Assembly (NCBI GenBank): GCA_040776805.1
Contig: JAXGZS010000004.1
Location: 151,215-215,214 of the forward strand
From: Clostridiales bacterium
GTDB taxonomy: Bacteria; Bacillota; Dehalobacteriia; UBA7702
Length of the DNA stretch: 64,000 bases
Direction: 5' to 3'
Positions within the stretch are counted from its first letter, which is position 1; every line of letters begins with the position of its first letter. Below are positions 49,389 to 59,555 of the stretch, piece after piece. The translations under genes were made by a program, and so were the position numbers. The notes below the pieces were generated by a model. It worked only from the letters and a program-made list of their open reading frames with translations. It made no database searches and was not told the DNA's origin.

Positions 49389-50447
49389 CTATTTCTCCTG
49401 TTTCAGTGAATATACCCACGCCAGAATTTCTGCGAGGGCAGAATAGTATTCCGGCGGAATTTCCCGGTTTAGTTCAACATTTTCATACAAAGCCCTTGCC
49501 AACAAGGGATTTTCGGTGATGGGAACAGCAACCTTTTCCGCTTCCGCAACGATGCGCAAAGCCACATAATCCTGTCCCTTGGCAACGACCACGGGGGCCG
49601 TACTTTTTTCAGCGTTATATTTTAAGGCAATGGCATAATGGGTGGGGTTACGCACCACGACATCGGCGCTGAGCACCTGTTGTATCATGCGCGACATAGA
49701 GATTTTTCTCTGTGCTTCCTTAATTTTGCCCTTGATCAAAGGATCCCCTTCTGTGTGCTTATATTCTTCTTTGATTTCGTGCTTGGTCATCTTGATGTTC
49801 TTTTCGTATTCCCATTTTTGATAGAGATAATCAAATATGGCAAGACCCAAAAAGATCACCGCCACCTTCATGGCAATCACCAGTATGGCGTTGAGGATAA
49901 AACTCACAGCTTCGAAGATATCGACATACATGAGCTGCTTTGCCTGGCCGATGATATCGCTGATGCCTGCGTAAAGGACGTAAGCGATGATGACCACCTT
50001 GGCCATGGACTTAATCAGTTCCACCACCGACCGCAGGGAAAACAGACGCTTCACGCCTTTTAAAGGACTTAGCCGGTTGAACTTCACTTTGATGTTCTCA
50101 TAGGCAAAGAGGAACTTTGTCTGGCCTCCTGTGGCAATGATGCTGACGACCATGGCGATTAACATCACCGGCCCCGCAGAGATCAGCAAGAGGACGAAGG
50201 CGTCTAACAAAACAGCGATGACGACGGGAACGGTCAGCGTCTCAACATACGAAATTTGATGGATGATGTGATACAAAAAGTCGGTAAAATTTTCATATAA
50301 GTAAGGAAACGTAATTCTCAAAGTTAAGAAAATCAACAGGATGGACGCTGCATTGACCACATCCTTACTTTGAAAGATATTTCCCTTTTTTCGCTCGTCT
50401 TTCCTTCGCTTGGGGGTCGCTTTTTCTGTTTTACTCTCAGAGGCCAT
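49389..50447 (-). CDS. flhB: flagellar biosynthesis protein FlhB
   Basis: NPTH autocleavage motif (VVVRNPTHYAIAL). Length 352 aa. Confidence 0.9.
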   Translation of the reverse strand: MASESKTEKATPKRRKDERKKGNIFQSKDVVNAASILLIFLTLRITFPYLYENFTDFLYHIIHQISYVETLTVPVVIAVLLDAFVLLLISAGPVMLIAMVVSIIATGGQTKFLFAYENIKVKFNRLSPLKGVKRLFSLRSVVELIKSMAKVVIIAYVLYAGISDIIGQAKQLMYVDIFEAVSFILNAILVIAMKVAVIFLGLAIFDYLYQKWEYEKNIKMTKHEIKEEYKHTEGDPLIKGKIKEAQRKISMSRMIQQVLSADVVVRNPTHYAIALKYNAEKSTAPVVVAKGQDYVALRIVAEAEKVAVPITENPLLARALYENVELNREIPPEYYSALAEILAWVYSLKQEK

Positions 50448-50473
50448 CGCATCCCCCTCCCGTTACGGTGTTT

Positions 50474-51232
50474 TCAAATACCAAAAATCAACTGTATTTC
50501 GTCGAACATTTTCGTGGTCATCAACTCTAAAAATGTGGATAAGGACGGCACCAGCACCATAATCGCAATAAAGCCCATGAGAATTTTAAACTGAATATTG
50601 ACGATAAACACATTGATTTGCGGCACAGCCTTCATCAACAGGCCAACCCCCATTTCCACAATCATTTCCACCGCCAAAATCGGCATGGCCAACTTCACGG
50701 CATAAATCAAAATAATGGAAAACAGGCCGACGAGTTCTTCGAAGATACCGCTGGAAAAGGCAATGCTCCCGTAAGGCGAAATGGTCCCAAGCTGGCAAAA
50801 TATTTTGATCATCGTAATGTGCGCGTTGGCCGCGAAGAAAAGGAGCATATACATACAGTTCATGATGGAGGCAGTCACCGGCATGGAGATATTGCTTTGG
50901 GGGTCATACATGTTTGCCATGGCAATACCCATTTGAAAGTCGATCACTTCGCCGCCGATGATAAAGACCGCCATAAAAAGCTGTATAATATAACCGACAA
51001 TAAAGCCGACCAGCAACTCTTTTACCAACATCACGCAGTAAACGATGACACTGTTGATCTCGATGACTTTGTCGGGAATCGTGGCATAGGTGAACAGCGT
51101 GAGCAGCAACGCCATGCCGATTTTCAAGATCACCGGGAGGTTCTTTCGGCCAAAGATAGGGTTAAACAGGATACAGCCGGTCATTCTCATCAATACAAAA
51201 GAGAACAGGGTTAAATTAAAATCCAAAACCAT
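50474..51232 (-). CDS. fliR: flagellar biosynthesis protein FliR
   Basis: 252 aa, six transmembrane helices. Position after fliQ. Confidence 0.85.
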   Translation of the reverse strand: MVLDFNLTLFSFVLMRMTGCILFNPIFGRKNLPVILKIGMALLLTLFTYATIPDKVIEINSVIVYCVMLVKELLVGFIVGYIIQLFMAVFIIGGEVIDFQMGIAMANMYDPQSNISMPVTASIMNCMYMLLFFAANAHITMIKIFCQLGTISPYGSIAFSSGIFEELVGLFSIILIYAVKLAMPILAVEMIVEMGVGLLMKAVPQINVFIVNIQFKILMGFIAIMVLVPSLSTFLELMTTKMFDEIQLIFGI

Positions 51233-51244
51233 CGCTGTACTCCA

Positions 51245-51511
51245 TCAACCGATTTCGGTGATTGTGTCAAAGATGTAATATACAAAGTCGGACATGGACT
51301 CCATCATCCATGAGCCCAACAATACCAAGATCACCGCGATCGCAATTAGTTTGGGGACAAAGGTCAAGGTCTGCTCATGAATTTGGGTGGCAGCCTGAAA
51401 AACGGAAATGATCAGGCCCACCGCCATACTGATGATCAATACCGGAGCCGCCATTTTCACCGCAATCACCATTGCGTGCTGGATAACGCTCATCACACCT
51501 GAAATGTCCAT
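51245..51511 (-). CDS. fliQ: flagellar biosynthesis protein FliQ
   Basis: 88 aa, two transmembrane helices. Sequence MSVIQHAMVIAVKMAAPVLIISMAVGLIISVFQAATQIHEQTL. Confidence 0.85.
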   Translation of the reverse strand: MDISGVMSVIQHAMVIAVKMAAPVLIISMAVGLIISVFQAATQIHEQTLTFVPKLIAIAVILVLLGSWMMESMSDFVYYIFDTITEIG

Positions 51512-51550
51512 GGGATACCTCCTTGCTGTTTATTCTCTGAGACAGGATCG

Positions 51551-52309
51551 CTATAGATTAAAACTGGAGAATAAAGTTTGAAAGAGTAATCCCCAACCGT
51601 CAACCAAGACAAACAGCAGCAACTTAAAGGGCAGTGAAATCATGACCGGCGGCAGCATAATCATACCCATTGACATCAGCGTGCTGGCTACGATCATATC
51701 GATGATCAGGAAGGGAATATAAATCAGAAAACCTATGATAAACGCGCGCTTTAATTCACTGGTCATAAAGGCGGGGGTCACAACGGTCATCGATAGCTCT
51801 TCAGCGTTTTCCACTTTTTCCGTATCGGACAACCGAACGAAGAGTTCCAAATCCTCTTTTTTAGTTTGTTTCAGCATGAACTCCTTAAGGGGAACAGCCG
51901 CCTGGCTCAAAAACGCTGTCTCACTGATTTCCTCTTGCTGATAAGGCTGATAAGCGGTTTCGTTGATTTCGTTAATCACCGGCGACATGATAAAGAGAGA
52001 TAGAAATATGGCAATGGCAATGAGCACCTGGTTGGGAGGGGTTTGCTGTAACCCCAAGGCATTGCGTAAAAAAGATAAGACGATGATAATCCGGGTAAAG
52101 CAGGTGGTCATTATCAGGAGTGACGGCAATAAGGCGATGAGGGTCAAGGTGAGAATAATCTCAACGGTGTCCATCGAATCCCCGTTGACATTGACCTCTA
52201 CATTCCCGGCGGCCAAAACCGAATCCGGGAAAATCGACAAAAAGAGCAAGGACAAACTGACTATGGCCAAAATATACTTTGTCGTGAACAGTACCTTATC
52301 TTTATTCAT
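51551..52309 (-). CDS. fliP: flagellar biosynthesis protein FliP
   Basis: Start taken at MNKDKVLFTTKYILAIVSLSLLFLS (signal-peptide-like). Conserved PSLLIMTTCFTRIIIVLSFLRNALG region. Confidence 0.8.
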   Translation of the reverse strand: MNKDKVLFTTKYILAIVSLSLLFLSIFPDSVLAAGNVEVNVNGDSMDTVEIILTLTLIALLPSLLIMTTCFTRIIIVLSFLRNALGLQQTPPNQVLIAIAIFLSLFIMSPVINEINETAYQPYQQEEISETAFLSQAAVPLKEFMLKQTKKEDLELFVRLSDTEKVENAEELSMTVVTPAFMTSELKRAFIIGFLIYIPFLIIDMIVASTLMSMGMIMLPPVMISLPFKLLLFVLVDGWGLLFQTLFSSFNL

Positions 52310-52679
52310 CTTTTTTACTTCTATCGTCCGTATGGCCAACCTTCGCACCCACCTTGTCTTTTACCGTTTGCTTCAGAATATTTAAAAAGTCATTCGGCTC
52401 AAGAGACGGTATTGTCGGTTGATAATCGGACAGTTCCTGTAAAATTTCAATATTGTTATTTGCGAAGCCAATCAAATAATATTTTTCGCAGACTTCTATT
52501 ACCGCAAGTCCTTTATCCTGGCCTAACGCCGCGCGTTCCAAAACCTTGATGTTGTTGGAACTCGCCGCCATATTTACCTTTCTCGCCAAGTACCTACTGA
52601 ACTTATAGCTCAGGTACAAGACGACAATAATCGCCAAAACAGAAAAAATTAATGGTAATACCTCTTGAAAAAAGCTCAA
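52302..52679 (-). CDS. fliO: flagellar protein FliO/FliZ
   Basis: 125 aa with a single N-terminal transmembrane helix. Immediately upstream of fliP. Confidence 0.7.
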   Translation of the reverse strand: MSFFQEVLPLIFSVLAIIVVLYLSYKFSRYLARKVNMAASSNNIKVLERAALGQDKGLAVIEVCEKYYLIGFANNNIEILQELSDYQPTIPSLEPNDFLNILKQTVKDKVGAKVGHTDDRSKKDE

Positions 52680-52712
52680 TGTTCCCTCACCCTTTATCTC
52701 TTAATCAGCGGC

Positions 52713-53078
52713 TTAACCCAAAATTTTCGCAACCGTTTTCATGATTCTTTCCGGCTTGAAGGGTTTTACGATAAAATCTTCCGCCCCAAATTTCAGCGCT
52801 TCCAAAACCATATTTTCCTGTCCCATCGCGGAACACATCACGATTTTACAATCGTGATTGATTTCTTTGATCGCCTTCAGCGCCTCAAGCCCATCCATAT
52901 TCGGCATCGTTATGTCCAATAACGTCAAATCCGGTTTTTCCTGCTGATACAACGCAACGGCCTCTTCCCCGTCCTTTGCTTCAATAATGTCGGTATACCC
53001 GTTTTGCTGCAAAGTATTTTTGATCATCATTCTCATAAAAGCCGCGTCATCCACCAACATAATTTTCTTACTCATCAT
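52713..53078 (-). CDS. cheY: chemotaxis response regulator CheY
   Basis: KIMLVDDAAFMR...DLTLLDITMPNMDG...IVMCSAMG...GAEDFIVKPF. Length 121 aa. Confidence 0.9.
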   Translation of the reverse strand: MMSKKIMLVDDAAFMRMMIKNTLQQNGYTDIIEAKDGEEAVALYQQEKPDLTLLDITMPNMDGLEALKAIKEINHDCKIVMCSAMGQENMVLEALKFGAEDFIVKPFKPERIMKTVAKILG

Positions 53079-53093
53079 TGTCCTCCCATTTCG

Positions 53094-54194
53094 TTAAAGA
53101 ATTTTCATTAAATCATTATTGCTGATTATTTCGGATACCCTAACGCCGTAACAGTCTTCGACCACCACCACTTCGCCCCTGGAAACCTGCTGGCCGTTGA
53201 CGAAAATATCAACCATGGCGCCGGCTTGCTTGTCCAGTTCAATGATGGTACCGGGGGAAAAGGTCAGAATATCTTTGATTTGTTTTTTGGTGCGTCCAAG
53301 CTCCACGGAAATCTGCAATGGAATCGACATGATTAAATTCAGATTATTGGCTTGTTCTTCCGAAAGCGCCGACTCCGACGGGCGAAACTCGCTGAATTCA
53401 ACATTCTGAACATGATAGCGGGCCTCCGCGGGGGATATTTTATGGCCACTGCTATGCCCCGGATCCCAGTTGGCGTTTATGCCGGACTGCGCTTGGGTTT
53501 CCTGGCGCGGTTGGGGGGCAGGAGCTTCCGGCTGGGGCTGGGGCTGCATTTCGGCTTGCGTTTCGGGCTGCGCGGCTTCGACAAGATCATCGTTGCGCAA
53601 AGAGCCGATCAGCTCTCTGGCCAAAGGCGTGCTGAGCACACTGATAAATTCACTTTCCAAAACTCCCTCAATGGAGAGATGAAAACAGATGGAGACCACC
53701 GTCGAATCATCGGGATAATACTCCTTTTTGAAGCTGTTGCTGCTCTCAATTTGAAAGGAGCTGGGAGGTGAAATATTAACAGAGCGGTCTAAAAGCTGAG
53801 ACAGGGCTGTCGCGGAGGAGCCCATCATTTGGTTCATGACTTCGCATATCGCACTGTTGCTGATTTCATCCAAGACAAATTTCTCATCGGAAGGGTCTCT
53901 CTGCAGAAGCAGGTCAACAATGGCCTGTACATCCGATTCCTTGAGAATCATCATGTTGGTTCCCAATAAGCCGCCGGTATAATTGATTTCTACCGCAACG
54001 GCCGGCTCAAAGGATTCAAAATAAAAGTCCCTCGCTTTTTGCACCTCAACAGAGGGAGTCGTAATAACGACGCGTTTATCTAACATCGTGGACATGGACG
54101 TCGCCGAAGCCCCCATGCTGATATTTAGGATCTCCCCGATGGCGTCAATCTCCATCTCCGTAAATAACTCGTTATGATCTGCCAAACCTCTCAC
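53094..54194 (-). CDS. fliY: flagellar motor switch phosphatase FliY (CheC-like N-terminus plus FliN C-terminus)
   Basis: N-terminal CheC-like EIDAIGEILNISMGASATSMSTML repeats and C-terminal FliN/SpoA domain (IIELDKQAGAMVDIFVNGQQVSRGEVVVV). Confidence 0.85.
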   Translation of the reverse strand: MRGLADHNELFTEMEIDAIGEILNISMGASATSMSTMLDKRVVITTPSVEVQKARDFYFESFEPAVAVEINYTGGLLGTNMMILKESDVQAIVDLLLQRDPSDEKFVLDEISNSAICEVMNQMMGSSATALSQLLDRSVNISPPSSFQIESSNSFKKEYYPDDSTVVSICFHLSIEGVLESEFISVLSTPLARELIGSLRNDDLVEAAQPETQAEMQPQPQPEAPAPQPRQETQAQSGINANWDPGHSSGHKISPAEARYHVQNVEFSEFRPSESALSEEQANNLNLIMSIPLQISVELGRTKKQIKDILTFSPGTIIELDKQAGAMVDIFVNGQQVSRGEVVVVEDCYGVRVSEIISNNDLMKIL

Positions 54195-55198
54195 CCTTCC
54201 CTTACTTGCTCAATTCTAACAGCGTAGTTGTTTTTATGTTTGCCCATTGTTGCGGTAAACCAAGGCAGGTCTTCAATCTTAATATCGATCGAACCATCCA
54301 TAACCTCCTTATTTAACAACAAAACATCACCTTTTTGAAGACTTAATAATTCCTGCAATTTGATTTCTGTTTCACCCAATACCCCGGTGACCGTCAGCGG
54401 CGCGTCACGCAAGGAGTGCATGATCATATTTTTGCGTTTGTTGTCCTGCTCAAAATCTTGCCTTGTTTTTTCCTTCACATATTTCATATCAAACAGTTTA
54501 AAAAGAAATTCCATGACTTTAGAGGGCAGGCATACGTTGATATTGTCCTTCAAACCTTCAATCGCGGTTTCAATGACAATGATCACGGTGGTTTCCTCGG
54601 GGGGAATAAACTGGATTAGCCTGGAATTGGTTTCGATCATCTCCAGATGGTGTCCAATTTCTCCGTAATTACGCCAAACATTGGTCAACTGCTGGGTCAC
54701 TTGATGAAACATGTGCTCCATCAAAGAGATCTCAATGCTGGTGAATTCTCGGCTAAGGTTGTAATAACTGCCGTCTCCGCCCAGGAGCCGGTCGATGATG
54801 GAAAAGGATAGGGGTCGGGCGACTTCGATAATGAATTGATTGTCGTCATCGCTGATTTCATCGCTCTCAATGCCGATGATCCCCATTAAAACCGAATCGT
54901 TTAAGGCGTTGTTGTAATCACGAAATTCTTCTTCCTCAATCTGCACAATTTCCATGACGCAACCCACTCTCAGCATGCTGGTGAGCTGCAATTCAAAGAA
55001 TTTGATAAAATTGCCGAAAATGGTATTCAGGGACCTTAGCTGTTCTCTTGTGAATTTTTTGGGGGAACGAAAATCGTAATCCCTGACCTTGATCATTGAC
55101 TGCTCTTCGATTTCCTGGAGATCCATTTCCCCGCTTTGTAAATTCCCTAAAAGTTCGTCAATTTGTTTTTGAGATAAAACTTCAACCATTCCTGTCAC
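54191..55198 (-). CDS. fliM: flagellar motor switch protein FliM
   Basis: N-terminal LSQKQIDELL CheY-P-binding-like motif. Length 335 aa. Overlaps the fliY start. Confidence 0.85.
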   Translation of the reverse strand: MTGMVEVLSQKQIDELLGNLQSGEMDLQEIEEQSMIKVRDYDFRSPKKFTREQLRSLNTIFGNFIKFFELQLTSMLRVGCVMEIVQIEEEEFRDYNNALNDSVLMGIIGIESDEISDDDNQFIIEVARPLSFSIIDRLLGGDGSYYNLSREFTSIEISLMEHMFHQVTQQLTNVWRNYGEIGHHLEMIETNSRLIQFIPPEETTVIIVIETAIEGLKDNINVCLPSKVMEFLFKLFDMKYVKEKTRQDFEQDNKRKNMIMHSLRDAPLTVTGVLGETEIKLQELLSLQKGDVLLLNKEVMDGSIDIKIEDLPWFTATMGKHKNNYAVRIEQVREG

Positions 55199-55219
55199 CT
55201 AACTCTGCCTTACAATGGA

Positions 55220-56020
55220 TTATTCCGCTTCTAACGTATCGCTTGATACCGGATATTCACCGTATACTTCCTTATAAATATCTTCCAATGACTTATCGTC
55301 GGCGCCATTTTCAATGATAATGACTTCCACCCGTCTGTTGATAATCCGCGTCGCTTCCGTTCCGTCGTGGGGCACCAGGGGCTTAAATTCCCCGTGGCCG
55401 GTGGAGGTTAACTTTTCCGGCGCCAGCAAACCCTTGCATTGCATATAATACAATACATTGACGGCACGGTCGGAGGAGAGCTGCCGGTCAAAAAGGCTCT
55501 GCCTTTCGGAATAAACCGTTCCCGCCCTGGCGGTATGGCCTTCAAAGCGGATGGCGCCGACCTTTGCTGTTACATTCACCAAGGCGTCGCCCAATACATC
55601 CAGTATTTTTTTGCCCTCCCACTTGATGTAAGCGCTGTTTCCATCGAATAAGATATTGTTACGGAAAGTAATAAAGGTATAACCGTCACCGTCATACAGT
55701 TGAATATCACTTTCCAGCTGGTTTTCAATCACATAGGCATTCAGATAGGCGTACAAATCGTCAAAGTTTCTAATTTCATCGGCAGATCTGGGTACTTTCA
55801 ATGCCGAGGAACCGTCCCCCAAAGAATCGTACATGCCTCCGGATAGATTGCCGGTATCAACAATCTGAATTTGAGATAGATCATCCACACTGGTGAAGGC
55901 TTCCACAATCATTTTCCACTTTTCTTCGTTAATACTGGACATCGCGAAAAGCAAAACAAAAAAGGTTAATAATAAAGTAACCATATCCGCATAGGTATCC
56001 ATCCAGTTCGGCCCCGCCAA
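55220..56020 (-). CDS. motB: flagellar motor protein MotB (OmpA-like C-terminus)
   Basis: WMDTYADMVTLLLTFFVLLFAMSS plug/transmembrane region including the conserved Asp. C-terminal OmpA-like domain. Confidence 0.85.
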   Translation of the reverse strand: MAGPNWMDTYADMVTLLLTFFVLLFAMSSINEEKWKMIVEAFTSVDDLSQIQIVDTGNLSGGMYDSLGDGSSALKVPRSADEIRNFDDLYAYLNAYVIENQLESDIQLYDGDGYTFITFRNNILFDGNSAYIKWEGKKILDVLGDALVNVTAKVGAIRFEGHTARAGTVYSERQSLFDRQLSSDRAVNVLYYMQCKGLLAPEKLTSTGHGEFKPLVPHDGTEATRIINRRVEVIIIENGADDKSLEDIYKEVYGEYPVSSDTLEAE

Positions 56021-56098
56021 TCCTTGCCGCGTTTTTCTGCGTTTCGTAACGTCTCCCCCCTTAAAAGTGATGTCGTCTTCTTGACCACCGGTCTTTCG

Positions 56099-56941
56099 TT
56101 ACCTCCTCGACCGTCTCCCGCCTCTGCTTCTATCTCTTACCGGCTCATCTTCGCTTCTTCTTTCGCGGTTGTTCACAAAAACATTCAGTCTTTCTTCCGT
56201 TATGCGGGGATTGACCCCCGCGTGAATGGACAAAATGCCTTCTAAAACCACTTCTTTGCAGATCATTTCTTCGTAGTGCCGGCATTGCAGCCGGCTGGTG
56301 ATGGGAACCAATACGAGGTTTGCCAAAAGAACGCCATATAATGTTGTAATCAAGGCCACGGACATCCCGAGGCCCAGCGTTGACGCGGCATCCGCCGCGC
56401 CGGTATCGGTTAAGCTTTTCAACATGTTAATCAAGCCGATTAACGTACCGATCATACCGAAGGCGGGGGCGAAAGTCGCGGCCCGCTCATAAATCTGCCA
56501 CCCCTTTGTATGCCGCTCTTCCAAACAATCCAGTTCGGATTCTAAAATGGTTCTGGCCTCCGTGGGTTCGATTGCATCCACGATCAGCAATACGCTGCGT
56601 TTCATAAATTCATCTTTTTCGACATTGGCTTTGCCCTCCAAAGCCAGAAGACCTTTTCTTTTGGCTTCGATGGCGTAATCAATCACCTTATCAATATAAA
56701 CCTGGGGCTGATATTCTTTCTTTGCCAGAATAATTTTCATGTGCTTGGGAATATATTTGAAAGTGCTCATCGGAAAGGCCATAAAAGTCGCCGCGGCGGT
56801 TCCGCCAAAAGTAATCGCCATGCTGGAATAGCTGATAAAGTTTGACAGTTTCCCACCGTCGGAAATACCGTAAGCCATCAGACTAATTCCAACGACAAGC
56901 CCTATGATAATCGTTAGATCCATACCAAGTCTTCTTTTCAT
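56099..56941 (-). CDS. motA: flagellar motor stator protein MotA
   Basis: Four transmembrane helices. Conserved FAPAFGMIGTLIGLINML. Confidence 0.85.
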   Translation of the reverse strand: MKRRLGMDLTIIIGLVVGISLMAYGISDGGKLSNFISYSSMAITFGGTAAATFMAFPMSTFKYIPKHMKIILAKKEYQPQVYIDKVIDYAIEAKRKGLLALEGKANVEKDEFMKRSVLLIVDAIEPTEARTILESELDCLEERHTKGWQIYERAATFAPAFGMIGTLIGLINMLKSLTDTGAADAASTLGLGMSVALITTLYGVLLANLVLVPITSRLQCRHYEEMICKEVVLEGILSIHAGVNPRITEERLNVFVNNRERRSEDEPVRDRSRGGRRSRR

Positions 56942-57210
56942 TCCACGTCACGTTTCTTTTCAGACAGCAAACACTCGCCTTTTGCTGTCTGATCCTGATC
57001 TCCTATTTTGATGTTTAATTGCTTTTCCGCACCAAAAACCATGCGGTTATATTGAATTACTTTCTCGATAATTTCTTCACAGCTATTGGAAACCAAAAAA
57101 TACTTTCCGTTGGTGAGAGAAACTTTTGTTTCCGGTATGGATTCCAACGTTTCAATCATATTACAATTCAAATAAAAGGGTCTGCCGTTAATATCGATCA
57201 ATGCGATCAT
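56938..57210 (-). CDS. flbD: flagellar protein FlbD
   Basis: ATG at 57210 (AGGTGGA Shine-Dalgarno). MIALIDINGRPFYLNCNMIETLESIPETKVSLTNGKYFLV. Position between flgE and motA. Confidence 0.75.
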   Translation of the reverse strand: MIALIDINGRPFYLNCNMIETLESIPETKVSLTNGKYFLVSNSCEEIIEKVIQYNRMVFGAEKQLNIKIGDQDQTAKGECLLSEKKRDVE

Positions 57211-57267
57211 AATGAATCCACCTGCTTTACATGACGTATTTTCCCTTATCAACATAGGAATCTTGGC

Positions 57268-57310
57268 AGTTTAACCAGTTTCGGCAACCCCCTTACCAAC
57301 CCTGTAAAGG
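57268..57310 (-). other. 10-bp perfect GC-rich stem-loop without a U-tract, between flgE and flbD (candidate partial terminator or mRNA stability element)
   Basis: cggcaacccc ttaccaaccctgtaaa ggggttgccg. On the minus strand it is followed by aaactgg, so there is no poly-U. Confidence 0.4.
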
Positions 57311-57327
57311 GGTTGCCGAGCAAACAC

Positions 57328-58959
57328 TTAGCGCTTCAAATTAACAAGTTCCTCCAACATTTCATCGCCCACCGTAATAATACGGGAATTTGCCTGGAAG
57401 CCCCTTTGGGCCATAATCATATCCGCATCATTGGCCAAATCCACGTTTGAGTTTTCCAAACCACTGGAAACAAGGGTACCGACGACACCTTCCCCCGGCA
57501 CATAATAATTGATCTCACCGGTATTGTTATCAGCTCTCAAATAAGAGCTACCATCTAGCGTCAAGGCCTGGGGATTGGGAATACCCGCCAAAAGAATCTG
57601 GCCGATTTCAATGATGTTATTATCATATTCCCCGGTAATGACACCGTTTGCATTGATGGAAATGCCGCTGAGCTCCATGACATCGCTCATTTCCGTATCA
57701 TAAAGACCGTCGCCGTCGGAATCCACCAGGGAACCGGGTATGGTGATCCGTTGCAAACCGTGGGAGGTATCACAGCTGGTCTGCACGGAAACATCTTCAC
57801 CGTTGATGGCTTTCATGGAGGTAACCCCCGTGGCCAAACTGCTTGCGGCCGCCCCGTCTACGATAATTTGGCTAAGGTCAACATCGGAAGAGATCACTCC
57901 TGTGCCGACTTCCGCCGTCATGTTCTGCAAGGCGTTCTGTAAATCAGCCGCGTCAATGCTGCTGAGATTTGAGGTGACCGTAATGATTTTGCTGCCCACA
58001 TTAACCGTTGCTTCAGCCGCGCCAGTCGCCGACGAATCGTAGACTGTTTGAATTTTATAACCATTAAAATACGCGCCGTTCACATCACCAAAGCTGATTT
58101 TCACATCATTGACCGTGATTTCCGCGCCTTTGGACGGGATGGTTTCAAAAATAATATCACCGACCTCATGGGCCGCTTCCCCGCCGGCGGCCGCTGTTTT
58201 AAAAGCATGGTTTTCGGTTACGGTATCGGCGCCGGAAACTGTAATGGCAGCCAAATTATTTTTGATCGCCTGGGGCAAATCATTGGACCCTGCGGCAGCC
58301 GTCATATTCCGCAAAGCGGTTTCCAATTGAGCGGCGGTTAACGCGGCATCGGAAGTAACGGTGATGGTCTTATCATTTGCATTGATTTCCGCTGTCGGCG
58401 TTGTGGCTGCCGCATCGGTAGCGGTTACGAGTTTATAACCGTTAAAGTAAGATCCGTTGACGTCGCCGAAATTCACGCTAAGGTCTCCGTTTAGATTTAA
58501 CGTCGACGCGGTGGGGGCGACAGATTCCGTATATCTTGCAATGGGATAGCCGCAAATAAAGTATCTATTGCCATCCACTAAGTTACCGCTGCCGTCAAAG
58601 TTTAAGTTCCCCACACGGGTATAGCATGTTTCGCCGTTGTTATCCTGGGCGACAAAATAACCTTCGCCGCTGATATAGAGATCCGTGGCCTTGCCGGTGG
58701 ACACATAACCGCCCCTGGTATGCAACACGTCGATGGTGCTGATCACCGTGCCGTAACCGATTTGGGAGGCATTGCCGCCGCCGGAGGCAGCCGTCGCGTC
58801 GGAGGAAGCCGTTAACGTTTGGTAAAAAGTATCTTGAAACGTGACCCTTTGGGCTTTATAACCGTAGGTGTTGACATTTGCGATATTGTTCCCGATCACG
58901 TCCATTTTGCTTTGATGGGCCTTCAATCCGGAAACACCTGAAAATAATGCTCTGAGCAT
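57328..58959 (-). CDS. flgE: flagellar hook protein FlgE
   Basis: SGLKAHQSKMDVIGNNIANVNTYGYK N-terminus and MAQRGFQANSRIITVGDEMLEELVNL C-terminus. Length 543 aa. Confidence 0.9.
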   Translation of the reverse strand: MLRALFSGVSGLKAHQSKMDVIGNNIANVNTYGYKAQRVTFQDTFYQTLTASSDATAASGGGNASQIGYGTVISTIDVLHTRGGYVSTGKATDLYISGEGYFVAQDNNGETCYTRVGNLNFDGSGNLVDGNRYFICGYPIARYTESVAPTASTLNLNGDLSVNFGDVNGSYFNGYKLVTATDAAATTPTAEINANDKTITVTSDAALTAAQLETALRNMTAAAGSNDLPQAIKNNLAAITVSGADTVTENHAFKTAAAGGEAAHEVGDIIFETIPSKGAEITVNDVKISFGDVNGAYFNGYKIQTVYDSSATGAAEATVNVGSKIITVTSNLSSIDAADLQNALQNMTAEVGTGVISSDVDLSQIIVDGAAASSLATGVTSMKAINGEDVSVQTSCDTSHGLQRITIPGSLVDSDGDGLYDTEMSDVMELSGISINANGVITGEYDNNIIEIGQILLAGIPNPQALTLDGSSYLRADNNTGEINYYVPGEGVVGTLVSSGLENSNVDLANDADMIMAQRGFQANSRIITVGDEMLEELVNLKR

Positions 58960-59042
58960 AAATAAAAGTCCTCCTCTTTTTTAGAGGAACTGCTGCGGTT
59001 TCTCTGTCGTTCAAAACCGCTTTGCTTCCCGTAAGGGACCGG

Positions 59043-59447
59043 CTAAATGATCACAGTTCCATCTATATTCGTTACAACATTTTCTTTCATACTTTGATGA
59101 TTCATAATTGTCACCACTGTTTTACTGGGAACGTTTACAATAAATGAATTGTCGTTTCCCAGGATAAGCGCGTTTTTGACTCCTTTTTCCGCCGCTTTGT
59201 CCACGGCTTCCGAAAGCGTGTTCATTTGCTCCGCCGACATTTCAATATCCCGGTCTTGTAAGCGCTGAGCCGCATGTTTCGAAAATACCAGGTTTGTTTC
59301 GGCCGACTGAAGCTTTTGCTGTAAAAGTTCGCCGAAAGCGCTTTGCCCGTTCTGCGTTGACGTTTCTTTTCGCGACGCTTGCTGGTTCGACAGCGGTGTA
59401 CTGCTGATATTGGATATATAGTTTTGATTGATCCATATATCACCCAT
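59043..59447 (-). CDS. small conserved flagellar operon protein (the family found between flgD and flgE in Firmicutes)
   Basis: 134 aa. Position and C-terminal LILGNDNSFIVNVPSKTVVT motif. Confidence 0.55.
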   Translation of the reverse strand: MGDIWINQNYISNISSTPLSNQQASRKETSTQNGQSAFGELLQQKLQSAETNLVFSKHAAQRLQDRDIEMSAEQMNTLSEAVDKAAEKGVKNALILGNDNSFIVNVPSKTVVTIMNHQSMKENVVTNIDGTVII

Positions 59448-59555
59448 GGAAATGGTTACCCTCCTTTTTGATTGATTGACTGATTACTGTTTCAGTGAGT
59501 AGGTTCGATTATAAAAACACCGCTTTACAAGTTTTCCGGAATCTGCACAGCTTGC

